DNA of 64,000 bases, taken from NCBI RefSeq assembly GCF_009914755.1, contig NC_060933.1; one strand, given 5' to 3'. The notes beneath the pieces were generated by a model. That model made no database searches. It worked only from the letters and a program-made list of their open reading frames with translations, and was not told the origin of the DNA. The DNA comes from the human T2T-CHM13v2.0 reference genome, Homo sapiens. Both the position numbers and the translations under genes were made by a program. This document shows, one piece after another, positions 14,055 through 28,699 of this stretch (position 1 is its first letter; each line of letters starts with the position of its first letter).

Positions 14055-14225
14055 AGAAAACACTTTCACAAATGCCTGCTTGAGTAAATACCTCCCAACA
14101 ACATTAGGAGGTATACATTATTACTTACATATAATTATTAAACCTTGGCCACAGAGAGATTTGGCAACTAGTCCAGGTTACCCCAGTAGGAAACAGGTAA
14201 GTGAGTGATTGGAAACCAGCTATTG
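14055..14225 (-). mobile_element. Degenerate MIR
   Basis: cactttcaca...cctcccaacaacattaggaggta...cacagagagat...gtaagtg...ggaaaccag. Confidence 0.55.
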
Positions 14226-16384
14226 TCATCCACTGCATTGCAGCTGTGAATATCCAGGTAGATATGGAAATCCTGAGATCTTGCTAGATTAACACACCTC
14301 AAAGTGTATTTTTAGCTGTCTTACCTGAGACATATATAAATGGTTATCTCTCCCACAAACATACATTCAAATAGTTTAATTTACCAAAGTTAAGTTTGTT
14401 CTTTCCTGCCAAACTCCTCACATACTTTAATAAGCCTCAGTCCCTGATGGATCTCCTTGAATTGAAGAGGGTTGCAATTTACAGTACATTTGACATATTT
14501 GATCTAGGAACTTCTGGGGTTGTTAAAATAACACAACTCAGACAGCATAACAAGAAGACCAGGTCCCAGTCTTTATTTTAAGATTCCTACTTCTCTAAGC
14601 CCACTTTGACCACTGGGGTTCTATTTTATCTAACGAGAAAGAACAGCAACACCAAAATGCACAGTGGAGCTGGTTGCACCATAGCACTATGCTGACATGA
14701 ACAATGATGAAATGAGCTCTTCTTTATAGGGTAGGAAGAAGGTTAAAATGAGAGAGGTAAGGTTAAAAATAAGATGTATAGCAGAAGGGATTATTTTTCC
14801 CTTTGATTTCATCTTACCCATTTTTTTTTGCATGTTAGGTAAGCAAAACAATGCCATGTTTGTATCTTAAGAGGTCCCCAGAAAATGCTTGCTGTGTGGA
14901 TGAAAATGGTCTGTTAAAATGTGTAGACCTCTGTCCTATCTGCACCACCCAGGCAAGGTCACATAATTGCCAGGAGCAATTTCATCATCTGTAGGCTAGA
15001 GGTGCCACCAAGAGTCCTGAGTTCTTTATGGTTTGCTCACACAATTAAATGACACCAGACGTGTATAGATGTTTTCTAAACCATATGGTACATTCCAATT
15101 ATGGCTTCAGAGAATGGCAAGGAGACTAGAGATGCTTTATTCTAGGGGTTAACAATCTTTGAAAATGTGTGTGCCAAAGTGCCCAGCCTTTTCTGGCACA
15201 TAAACAGAAGGGTCATTTGCCCACCTCTGCAAGGTGGCAGCAGCATCCCTGCATGGCCCAAAGCAGTCCTCTCCTTGGCATTGCCATGTGGGCTGCCCAG
15301 ACCTGGTGAGATCATTCTACCCTCATACCGCAAGTCCTCCAAAGCATCTGGAAACAACAGGTCCTCTGTGTATGTCAGCAGATTCCCTCTCCCAAAGTCC
15401 TGGGCACCTGGGGGTCACAGAGTTATAAACAGGGCAGATATTTGCCAAACCAGAAATGTGCTGAAATAGCTGCACCCATATTTACTACCCACATCCTTTC
15501 TGGTTGGTCAGTGTCTGTGCCACACTGATTGCAGTTTGAGTATCGACCCTGAGGGTGACTGTTGCCACCACCTTCAGACATCAAGTAAGACCATAAGAGA
15601 AGTCTCTGTCCATTGAACACTGATGACCTGTCACTGCTGAAGGAAGAGTGAGGAAATCTAAGGCCAATGGAAGCCAACTTAGCCTTTATGAGCTTTTTGT
15701 TTATTAAAAACTGAATAGTAGAGATGGGTCACCTGAGCCAGAAGTTTTTGTCCCTATTTGTCAAATTTGGATGCATCATACAGAGAAGAATGAAATAAAA
15801 TATCCTCCCCCTTTTGTACTCTTGTGCTTTCTTTGGTGCTAAGAACATCACTGGGAATCACCAAGCATGTTAGACATCTCTGACATTTCAGCCTCTTGGG
15901 TTCTGGGGTAGGGGAACATTTTCCAGACACTATTAGTTTATTTTCTTCCTTTAATAAATACTAACTGGATATTGAGATTAGAATTGGGCAGAAACTCTAT
16001 GCACCATTACTCTATAAACTCAGGACCCAGAGTTGTTAGAGAGGTCCAATTTTCTGCTGTAGGATAAGCCCACCTGCTCTCAGCTGTCAGGCATACTGTG
16101 TAGCATGGTGGTGCTGGGGGGTTACCAGGATGAAAAGCAGAACCTACCGCCACAGGACTACTGTGCAGAAATCTGTTCATGGGTTTGAAATCAGGCATCC
16201 CTGACAAACCTGGAAATGAGCTTCCTAACTTTCCTCCATGAAGTAGGAAGTCATATACAATTTTACTTTGTCAAAGAAAGTTTTCTTTGCCTGTACTAAT
16301 GCGATTGCTATCTGATGCCCCAGTCTCAGTGTTTTCATTAAAATGGGCATTTAAAAAATGTATTTATCTATTGTGGTAAATAAT

Positions 16385-16520
16385 CTAAGGAGCAGTGCCC
16401 TGTAATAGAGGAAAGTCCTGAGCTTAGAATCCAAAGACCTGAGTTTTGTTTCTGTAAGCAATCTGAATCTTATTGCCTTATTTGTAGAATGAGAATAATG
16501 ATGCCTGACCTGCCCATCGC
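16385..16520 (+). mobile_element. Degenerate MIR
   Basis: tagaatccaaagacctgagttt...cttatttgtagaatgagaataatgatgcctgacctgcc. Confidence 0.6.
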
Positions 16521-16993
16521 TGAGTGATGGTGGAGGGGTTTGAATCAGCATCATGCACACATAAGACCTGAAAGCAGAAGGAGACTCTGGCCTTGCCAAG
16601 GAAGTAGAGTCACTGGTTGGTCATTTTGGATGCAGAGTACCTCTTTGTTCTCCTGGTCAAAGTGATCTTGTTAATTAGAAGATTGAGTCATCCTCTTAGC
16701 AGAAAGTGTGTGTATGTGTGTGTAGTTTTATTTATCCAAGGTGATCATCTACCTAATCATCATCCCTGCTCCTATCTGGTTTTGAGAGAAAGAATTGCAG
16801 ATAATATTTTTTTAAATGATTTTGATCACTCTTTGCCTTCTGTCTCTGTTGCTTGAGACTGTGAAGAAGTCATATATCCTTTATGTGTTTATAAACAATT
16901 AAAACTATAAAGTGCAAATAAGGAAAGCAAACAGTGTCCCCCAGCAGCTCCCTTCCACACCTGGTTTCGGGGTGACTGATGCCTCCCTGTTGA

Positions 16994-18240
<1,247 letters not shown>

Positions 18241-18350
18241 GGCCCTTTTCCCCAGACCGATCCTTCCCAACGTACTCCTCAGACGGGCTGAGAGGATGAA
18301 CATCTTTTAACTGCCGCTGGAGGCCACCAAGCTGCTCTCCTTCACTCTGA

Positions 18351-18425
18351 CAGTATTAACATCAAAGACTCCGAGAAGCTCTCGAGGGAAGCAGTGTGTA
18401 CTTCTTCATCCATAGACACAGTATT
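18351..18425 (+). promoter_or_regulatory. Two miR-200b/c/429 seed matches
   Basis: CAGTATTA (8mer) at 18351-18358 and CAGTATT (7mer-m8) at 18419-18425. Confidence 0.65.
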
Positions 18426-18697
18426 GACTTCTTTTTGGCATTATCTCTTTCTCTCTTTCCATCTCCCTTGGTTGTTCCTTTTTCTTTTTTTAAATTTTCT
18501 TTTTCTTCTTTTTTTTCGTCTTCCCTGCTTCACGATTCTTACCCTTTCTTTTGAATCAATCTGGCTTCTGCATTACTATTAACTCTGCATAGACAAAGGC
18601 CTTAACAAACGTAATTTGTTATATCAGCAGACACTCCAGTTTGCCCACCACAACTAACAATGCCTTGTTGTATTCCTGCCTTTGATGTGGATGAAAA

Positions 18698-18705
18698 AAA
18701 GGGAA
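18698..18705 (+). promoter_or_regulatory. miR-204/211 8mer seed match
   Basis: AAAGGGAA; further matches AAGGGAA at 19687-19693 and AAAGGGA at 20094-20100. Confidence 0.55.
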
Positions 18706-20677
18706 AACAAATATTTCACTTAAACTTTGTCACTTCTGCTGTACAGATATCGAGAGTTTCTATGGATTCACTTCTATTTATTTATTATTATTACTGTTCT
18801 TATTGTTTTTGGATGGCTTAAGCCTGTGTATAAAAAAGAAAACTTGTGTTCAATCTGTGAAGCCTTTATCTATGGGAGATTAAAACCAGAGAGAAAGAAG
18901 ATTTATTATGAACCGCAATATGGGAGGAACAAAGACAACCACTGGGATCAGCTGGTGTCAGTCCCTACTTAGGAAATACTCAGCAACTGTTAGCTGGGAA
19001 GAATGTATTCGGCACCTTCCCCTGAGGACCTTTCTGAGGAGTAAAAAGACTACTGGCCTCTGTGCCATGGATGATTCTTTTCCCATCACCAGAAATGATA
19101 GCGTGCAGTAGAGAGCAAAGATGGCTTCCGTGAGACACAAGATGGCGCATAGTGTGCTCGGACACAGTTTTGTCTTCGTAGGTTGTGATGATAGCACTGG
19201 TTTGTTTCTCAAGCGCTATCCACAGAACCTTTGTCAACTTCAGTTGAAAAGAGGTGGATTCATGTCCAGAGCTCATTTCGGGGTCAGGTGGGAAAGCCAA
19301 GAACTTGGAAAAGATAAGACAAGCTATAAATTCGGAGGCAAGTTTCTTTTACAATGAACTTTTCAGATCTCACTTCCCTCCGACCCCTAACTTCCATGCC
19401 CACCCGTCCTTTTAACTGTGCAAGCAAAATTGTGCATGGTCTTCGTCGATTAATACCTTGTGTGCAGACACTACTGCTCCAGACGTCGTTTCCCTGATAG
19501 GTAGAGCAGATCCATAAAAAGGTATGACTTATACAATTAGGGGAAGCTAATGGAGTTTATTAGCTGAGTATCAATGTCTCTGCGTTGTACGGTGGTGATG
19601 GGTTTTAATGAATATGGACCCTGAAGCCTGGAAATCCTCATCCACGTCGAACCCACAGGACTGTGGGAAGGGCAGAATCAATCCCTAAGGGAAAGGAAAC
19701 CTCACCCTGAGGGCATCACATGCACTCATGTTCAGTGTACACAGGTCAAGTCCCTTGCTCTGGGCTCTAGTTGGGAGAGTGGTTTCATTCCAAGTGTACT
19801 CCATTGTCAGTATGCTGTTTTTGTTTCCTTCACTCCATTCAAAAAGTCAAAATACAAAATTTGGCACAGCATGCCAACGGGAGGCTGTGCCCAGACCAAG
19901 CACTGGAAGTGTGCTTCTAGGCATAGTCATTGGTTTTGCAAAAAGAGGGCTCAAATTTAAATAGAAATTTACAGCTATTTGAATGGTCAGATATACCAAG
20001 AAAGAAAAATATTTCTGTTCCTCAAGAAAACTTGCTACCCTCTGTGAGGGGAATTTTGCTAAACTTGACATCTTTATAACATGAGCCAGATTGAAAGGGA
20101 GTGATTTTCATTCATCTTAGGTCATGTTATTTCATATTTGTTTCTGAAGGTGCGATAGCTCTGTTTTAGGTTTTGCTTGCGCCTGTTAATTACTGGAACA
20201 CCTTATTTTTCATTAAAGGCTTTGAAAGCCAATTCTCAAAAATTCAAAAGTGCAAATTAACAGAACAAAAGGAAATCCAGTAGCAACTGCAGTCAAGCGA
20301 GGGAGTTGACAAGATAAACCTTACGTCCATTCAAGTTATATGCTGGCCTATGAGAGATGAGAGTTGGGTCGTTTGTTCTCTTTGTTGATGATTTAAAAAA
20401 AACCCTCTAGAATACACATAATAACATAATGAAAGCCATATCTCCATGATATATATGTGCACATATATATACATACATGTGCATGTATGTATCATATTAA
20501 GGACCCATGGTACTCTTAAAACACTGTAGAACTCTGTGACGCAGTAAGGAAGGGGCAGATTTGTACAAAAACTTTTCTAGATTCCATCAGCAAAAACCAA
20601 CACAGGTTTGTCACGCTGCATGTCTGGCCAGCTAATCTCGGGGGAAAAGCTACAAGTTATTTATTTTATTTTAAGAG

Positions 20678-20876
20678 AATAAAGTAGGTAATAATTTAAG
20701 GGATCAAATTCAAGGAGGAATGTGCAATTTTAGAGCAAAGATTTGTTTAAGGCAAATGAGACTTTGGGAGCATCCCATTCCAGTTTTGTCTTTTTTTTCT
20801 CTGAAAGAAAAAAGCAAAAAATAAAATAAAATTCCACTTATACCTTCTGACAAGTCCCTAAAGGTCTTGAAATAAA
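20678..20876 (+). terminator. Candidate proximal polyadenylation signal cluster
   Basis: AATAAA at 20678-20683 (T-rich upstream), 20820-20830 (two overlapping) and 20871-20876. Confidence 0.55.
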
Positions 20877-21269
20877 AGGTTCTATGCAAGTGCAAAGTTT
20901 TATAGTTATTTTTATTGCTGATTATTACTATTACTATCTCTGTTGTCTTAAGAGTATGTGCTGATTTCAGAGACATCTCAAATTGAAAGAATATCAGATT
21001 GCTTTTAAAGTAGCTGAACGAGCCACAGAATATCTGAAATTATTCATTGTTGTTCCTCCACCACCCCCTTTCTCATGGTCTGATTTTTAGAAGAGTGGCA
21101 TCCTCGTTCTAAAATGTAATGATCACCAAATACGGCCTTCCATCAAATTTGTGAAAACTACAACAGTATAACAGTGACAAACCTAATTCTCTAGCCCAAA
21201 CCTGGTCTGACAATCATTTCCATTTAGAAGTCATTGAATAGTTTTCCAAACACTTTCCATGTGTGTTAG

Positions 21270-21400
21270 CAAATTATTCCTATTTTGTGTAGATGAGGAC
21301 GTTGAGACTCAGAGACATTCAGAGGCACGCTAGAGGTCTCCAGCCTAGCTTCCAGCACCACTGGGACTGAATCCAAGTACTCTCACTCTGAACTTCGTGG
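21270..21400 (-). mobile_element. Degenerate MIR in the 3' UTR
   Basis: cctattttgtgtagatgaggacgttgagactcagaga...ctgggactgaatccaag. Confidence 0.55.
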
Positions 21401-23800
21401 TTCTGTCCACTAGAGACTCTAATATGCAAACAAGCAGTTCAGGAAAGAAAGCATGCTAACACATTCATGAAGCAGTATATGAAGTTAGAAGAACAAAAGG
21501 AAATACAGGAGATGACAAGCAACTGAGATATTGTGATATATAATCATGCTCTTAGCTTCAGCTAAATTCAGCTAAATTCTTGTACACTGAACCAATGTCA
21601 TAATCAGGCTTATTTAGAAAACACTTTGAACTATGCTATAAAAGATTATATCAGAATTCATATTATACATGTGTTCACATCAGCGCTACCTGTGATGTTT
21701 TCATGTATTTATGTATGTGTTATAAATACTTGATTTGTACATATACAAATGCACATACGTAGTGTGTTTGTGTGTTTATGTATAAATTTATAGGCACACA
21801 ATAATAGAGGTAATTATAAGTAGGATGCGGTATGAATAATTTGCTTAAAATATGCTAAATAACCAAAACTGTTTAACGTCATGTTGCTGTTAGTGCTTCC
21901 ATACTCCACGTGGGTAGGACTACATCACACTTTTCAACTCTGTGCAGTACTGCATGGGTGGAAGACATATTTAAGATAATGTGCTTCCCAAAACAACTGA
22001 ATAAAAGCCATCCCACTACATTGAGTGCTTTCTCTGGCTCCTTGCAAAGAAAGATACTTTTTGTAATGGTCCAGGAAAGGAACATTGCTTTCTTTTTGTC
22101 TTTCAGCACATTTGTATTATGCTCACCTTGTCTCTGTCTCACTGTGACCCCTTTACACTTGAGTTCAGAGTTCAAGCATTCCAAATATAAATTGGAATGT
22201 TGGCAGCCCAGTGGCTTGAAGGCCAATGATGAGCAGTCCAAGACCCCACAGCGAGATGAGCAACTCTTAGGAATTCCCACATCCTAGAGTGAATGCACCA
22301 ACTAACAGTATAGAATGCTGTCCTTTTCAAAGCGTCCTAACAGCAGGATTACCTGGTCAAGTATGGACTTTCTTTGAATCTTTCTTTTCACAAATTGGAC
22401 TGCCTGTAATACCAATAACATTGTTGTATCTAACTAAATAAATGACTGCATATACACACATACCCTCAATTCTCTTGCTTCCCCATTTTCTTTTTCATCC
22501 CCTGTCTCAGGACTTTTATTTTCAGTGTTGACCTTTGGTTTGGCCATATATCACTGTTATAGGAAATCTCATGAGAGGAATGGCTAGTGACCCAACTCTC
22601 CAAATGTCTAAGTTAGTAGTTACAGCTGATTTTTTATGATGCATAATTGGAATGTGGAGCCTCTGAGGTTGTGATAGCTTGTACATGAATTTCAAATGTC
22701 ATTCTAAAGAATGAGGGGTGGGAGGGATTTATAGTTAGAAACGACAGTGCAGGAAGGGGTATTTTCTTGTTGTCAGGGCTGGAATGAATCACTGCTGCTC
22801 AAGTCAAAGGTTCTTGAATATCCTTAGTTTTTGCATTTCCCCTCCTTTTCCTTTGACCTTTATTTATTTAATTATGTATTTATTTATTTATTTATATACT
22901 TTTGCTCCATTCAGCACAAACACAAAGCAAAGCAAAAAAAAAATATATATATATATATCTGTATATGTGTTGTAGGCAAAACACTGTGAATTTCACAACA
23001 ACCACCACCAAGCAACTATTTTGCCATCTTAACATACATCTCAGGAGACGAAATGAGAAAAGATGGGGATGTCATTTTTTAGTCTATGCGTTTGAGGCCA
23101 GGTCCATGTTTATTTATTTCTTTAGTCTATGCATTAATGAAAATGATCCTGAGTGGAGGTTAGCTGAACGTTCAATGTACTGGAGCAAGCATCATAAAAG
23201 CTGCTAGTAGCCATGTGTTTGAACAGGAAAAATATTACAGAAAATGAAATGTAAAGGCCTATATCTTGCAGCTTGTATATCTTACTATTGCTTAAAAAAT
23301 GTATAAAGCAGCTGGAAATGTTTTAAATACAAGGTCTTTGAATTAAATGTGGATTTTAAATATGTAATCCCTTGACAAATGACCAAATTATGGTGAACTA
23401 TTGCTCCCTGCGTTCTTTGATCATTACCTATGACTTACAAATCTGCCTGGAGATGTGGACATTCTGCATTTGCTTCTGTATCTGGAGAGATGTTTGTATA
23501 TATCCAGGCCGTATACACACACATTTCCATATCTCTCTACAGATATATTTCCCCTTCAATCGTGACCTGGTATTTGGAACTCTCCTTTTCATTTGGCTTA
23601 TCTTCCTTTTAATGTGATGTCTCTGTGCTAATACTTACCAGTTCTTGTTTTGCAATCTGTTTTGAGGTCCATTGCTTTACTAAGACCCACTGCATCTTGG
23701 CTGATTTCAAAGTGACACCTGAATACAGTGTTTAAAAAAAAAAAAGTTTTGTTTGTAAATCATGTGACCAGCTTCTCTCAACCTGACATGGAAAGTCTCT

Positions 23801-23970
23801 TGTACTACAGTGTATTTAATAAAAATGATGTCTTACAATAAATAACATACTCCAAAAGAGAGACTAAAAATGACATGATGATTAATTTTTAAAAATGTAT
23901 AGAATTTCCACAAGCATGGTGTTCTCTTTATTCTATATGTATATATGTCTGTGTTTGGTTTTGGTTTTGT
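23801..23970 (+). terminator. Distal polyadenylation signal region
   Basis: TGTA motifs at 23801 and 23811, AATAAA at 23818-23823 and 23837-23842, and a GT/T-rich downstream tract at ~23918-23970. Confidence 0.8.
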
Positions 23971-23971
23971 T

Positions 23972-24131
23972 TAAAGACAGGTTCTTGTAATGTTGCCCAG
24001 GCTGGAGTGCACTGGCTATTCACAAGCATGATCATAGCTCACTGCAGACTCAAACCCCTGGGCTCAAGCCATCCTCCTGCCTTAGCCTTCTGACTCCCTG
24101 GGACTATAGGTGCACACCACTGCACCCAGCT
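23972..24131 (-). mobile_element. FAM (fossil Alu monomer)
   Basis: Single monomer carrying the FAM-type segment ggctattcaca (reverse complement TGTGAATAGCC). Confidence 0.85.
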
Positions 24132-24284
24132 ATATGTATGTATTTTTAGATAGGATCACTGTAGATGCCTGTAGTGCTCATTAGTTGAAGGTAGTGAGAG
24201 TAAGTGGTTAGTCATAGAAATAAGTTTCCTGTCTGATCTATCCATAATTCTGATATTTTCAACTTACACCTTAGATAACTAGAA

Positions 24285-24493
24285 CATCACTGTCAATTGC
24301 TTTACTTTCTGAAACAATATAAATGCCCTATCTGTACTGTCCAATATGGTAGCCTCTACCCACATGTGGCTAGTGGACACTTGAAACATGGCCAGTGTGA
24401 CTAAAGAACTGAATTTGAATTTTGATTTAATTTCAATTAGCTTGTATTTAAATAGCCACATATGGCTAGTGGCTACCATGTTGGACGGCACAG
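24285..24493. mobile_element. MER3 (hAT-Charlie) DNA transposon
   Basis: ctgtactgtccaatatggtagcc...ggctaccatgttggacggcacag inverted repeats with internal ccacatgtggcta. Confidence 0.85.
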
Positions 24494-25424
24494 AGCAAGA
24501 AGACAGAATCACCAGGGTTTTGAAAAGATTAAACCTTAGAAACATCCCAAGAGATGTGTGTATTGTGGCATCCTAGGGTTGAGGCCGCTTTGAGGATCTG
24601 AATGACTCAGGAGTATAAGTAACTGAATTAAAAATGCCTCACTCTCTTGGCCTTTCTATGCACCAGTGTTTCTGAAATCATAATGGTGGGGGAGGACAAA
24701 ATTAGGGTGGCTTTTCAGGGGTCCTACGGGCTGTCTCTTTCTTACCATCAGAATGGTCTGCCCACATTCTTGTTCTCAGTATTTCACAGTTGGATTTCCC
24801 AGGGTCTGGCCTCTTCTCAACCCTCTGAGAGGCACACCAGCATCTGGGCAACATTCCTGCCATAGGCTTGGCAATAGACGCTCCAAAACTCAGAATCCTC
24901 AGAAACATTGCCTCCTGAATACCTCCTCTCAGTGGTGCAGGTATGTTTTTCTTGAGTTAAAAAAAATACAATCAGGTGAAAACTCAGCAGAGACTTGGAA
25001 AATGCAATGCCATAAAAGGGGCAAAACGACTTGTGTACATCCCCCTCAAAGAAACTGTGGATTGAAGGAGGAAAGTTTAATGACTAATGCCTTGGCAAGC
25101 CACAATCCAGTTTGGACTACTAAAGATCCTGACTTTTACCAGACTACATTTGTATATTCCTGTTATTGGTACAATTATAATGGTATCAATTTAAATTCCA
25201 AACCTGAAGCCGTGTCCCAGAGCCCTCTCTTGCTTCCCTGTGTATCCCATCTGGCCTTCCCTCTTCAAATACTCCTTCCATGCATGCATAAGGGTGCCTA
25301 TTTTCTTGGATGAGAAAAATGCTCCTGAAGTATTACTATTAATAACATCATTAGAACAGACATACTTACTTTTAGAATAAACCAACAAAATGAATCCTTC
25401 TTCTGTGCCAGGGTGTTATACATG

Positions 25425-26258
<834 letters not shown>

Positions 26259-26261
26259 GAA

Positions 26262-26365
26262 TCTTAACTCATCCAACCCTTACACCTATCCCAGGAGGCA
26301 GGTACTATTATTATTCCCAGTTTACAGATGAGAAAACTGAGTCACTAAGAGTTAAGGAAGCTGTC
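26262..26365 (-). mobile_element. MIR
   Basis: ggcaggtactattattattcccagtttacagatgagaaaactgag core. Confidence 0.85.
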
Positions 26366-26836
26366 AAAAACTGTCAAAAGAAATTAACCAGTAAAGATAA
26401 TGCTTAGTATTTGCCAAGGAGTTTCATACATTAACTCATTTAATCCTTAGTCAACTCTATGAAATTGAAGAACGCAGGGGGCTCAGCTCCAGGCAATAGG
26501 CAGAAAGGCAGGTACCTGACTGGCATAAGGAAGCCTTGAAGTTAGGGTCTGGGCTGGCCATATGACTTAGGTTCAGGGTCTGGGCTCCAGGCCACCGAGA
26601 GACTGGTATAAAGCAGTTCCGTGGCCCAGTCCTGTAGGAATGAGGTTATCAGCAGGAGCTAAAGCCAAGATTCAAAGTTCAAGGAGACTAGACAGTCTCT
26701 AGCAAATTGAACCTGGGATGTGAGGAAGGACTTTCGTCATTAGGGACAGGATGAGAATTTAGCCACTAAGCTTAAGCAAAAAGTCACGCCAGAGCCACCA
26801 GCTAGGTATTTTTGGTGCCTTCCTATGGCCCAGTGC

Positions 26837-26914
26837 TTAGGTTGGTGCAAAAGCAATTCCAGTCTTTGACACAACTTTGGCAAAAACCACAATTGCTTTT
26901 TGCACAACTTAATA
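26837..26914. mobile_element. MADE1 MITE (more diverged)
   Basis: ttaggttggtgcaaaagcaatt...ggcaaaaaccacaattgctttttgcacaacttaata. Confidence 0.85.
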
Positions 26915-28213
26915 CTAATCCCACCCACTTTCACTCATTAGTCTAGGGGAGGATGAGTCTCCAGGTGAAGGGAGCTGCCTAGCAATGGGGCTCTGGAGCT
27001 AGAAAAGGGGTGATGTTAGATTTAGGAACGCCTCTCTTGCAATAAGATCTCTGCAAATTTGGCCATTTGCCAAACGTCAGAGTCTTTGGTAGCCTCCCAT
27101 GTTTAGAGCTGGATAAGGCCTAAAGGTCCCATGCCCCATCTGCCATCTACAGGTAGTGTTTTACAATAAAAGTAAGGCTCAGACCAAATTCTTCCAAACA
27201 AGCAATGATTTATTATCAAGACCACATGTTGGCTATGTAGACCAGAAACTTCCCCTTTCTGTCTTTGGGTGAAGTCACAGCCAAAGGCAGATTCAAAAAT
27301 GTGCTAATGCCAGGACCAGCCCAGCCTCTGTTGAATCAGTTGACAGGGGAGGGATACACAGAGGACCCAGGGAGCTCTGGTCACTGAAAGTGCCACTCCT
27401 GGCATTAGAGAGCTGAGCTTGCTACATTCTTCTGCCTCCTTCATGTAGGAATGACAGCATCTGTACAATATTCCTAATTCTCAATCTTCAAAATCAGTCA
27501 TTTCTGCCAAAAAATAAGAAAAACTCTAATATATTTTATGCTAATTAAGACACTTTCTGATATTGATATAAAAATTTTAAATGCCAGTTAACTACTCAAG
27601 TCACTTTTCATGTGGGCTCTGTTTATGTTGATCACCTCTGGGATATGAGGTGTATTTAACGTGTACATGCACATCACACTATATACAACTGATTTTAGAG
27701 TCAGTTGCCACACAGACAATAAAACAATTTCCATAAAGACCCTTTTCTCCTATAGTAGATATGGATTTGTAGCTACCAAACCCAAATGTGCAAAATGTCA
27801 CTTGCTTCATTTCCTTTAAATCAGGCTATGTCTGGTTCTAGCCCATATCCTGCAGGAGCAAAATCAGCCTTAAGCATCACTTGGCGTGCCTCCCTTTCAT
27901 AAGGTACCCCATGAATCCCAAGGCCCGTTGATACCTAGGAAATATGAGAAGGGTCTCTAATGTCCTCTCCATCATGATCTAGTGGCTCTGGTGCCACAAC
28001 TGAGAGCTCTGTGTCTAGGACAGAATGTTCCCAGACACATCACAGCCATTTCCCCAAAGTCTACCTCTTCCCTGTGCAATTTGAGGACTCCACACCGACC
28101 AATATCTCTAGGCTTGGGAAAATCTCTGTTACAAATCCTACCTCTACTCTCCACCCTTTCCTTTTCCCTAGCTGAATCATCTCCTAAATACATGATTAGA
28201 TCATTGTTCAGCC

Positions 28214-28512
<299 letters not shown>

Positions 28513-28699
28513 CATTGTTAACTTTTTATATTATTATGACAATGAAAGTGCTATTTGGAGCTGAGGCATACAGTAAACCATGACTATTTTCCTTTTCTGT
28601 ATTTTGTTTTCTTAGGAGTTAGTAATTGACTTTTGTTTGTTTGCTGTCTTAGTTTTCTAATTATCGTTATTCAAACCCAGGCTCTTAGCTATTTGTCTA

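Larger units (their letters stand above)
18241..23860 (+). other. NTRK2: Long 3' UTR of full-length TrkB mRNA (cleavage site approximate)
   Basis: U/AU-rich, nearly repeat-free sequence from the stop codon to paired AATAAA at 23818 and 23837. Repeat-dense DNA resumes right after. Confidence 0.82.

Noticed and set aside
14155-14169. RDLAT resembling the kinase catalytic loop HRDLATRN
   Set aside because: Five residues inside a MIR with non-matching flanks; coincidence, not a duplicated kinase exon.
16801-16860. NDF-containing stretch as a relic of the TrkC 14-aa insert exon
   Set aside because: Only ~10 nt similarity, and no suitable pyrimidine tract or donor.
24753-25313. 186-aa ORF, the longest in the track
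   Set aside because: No recognisable domain or exon structure; compatible with chance.
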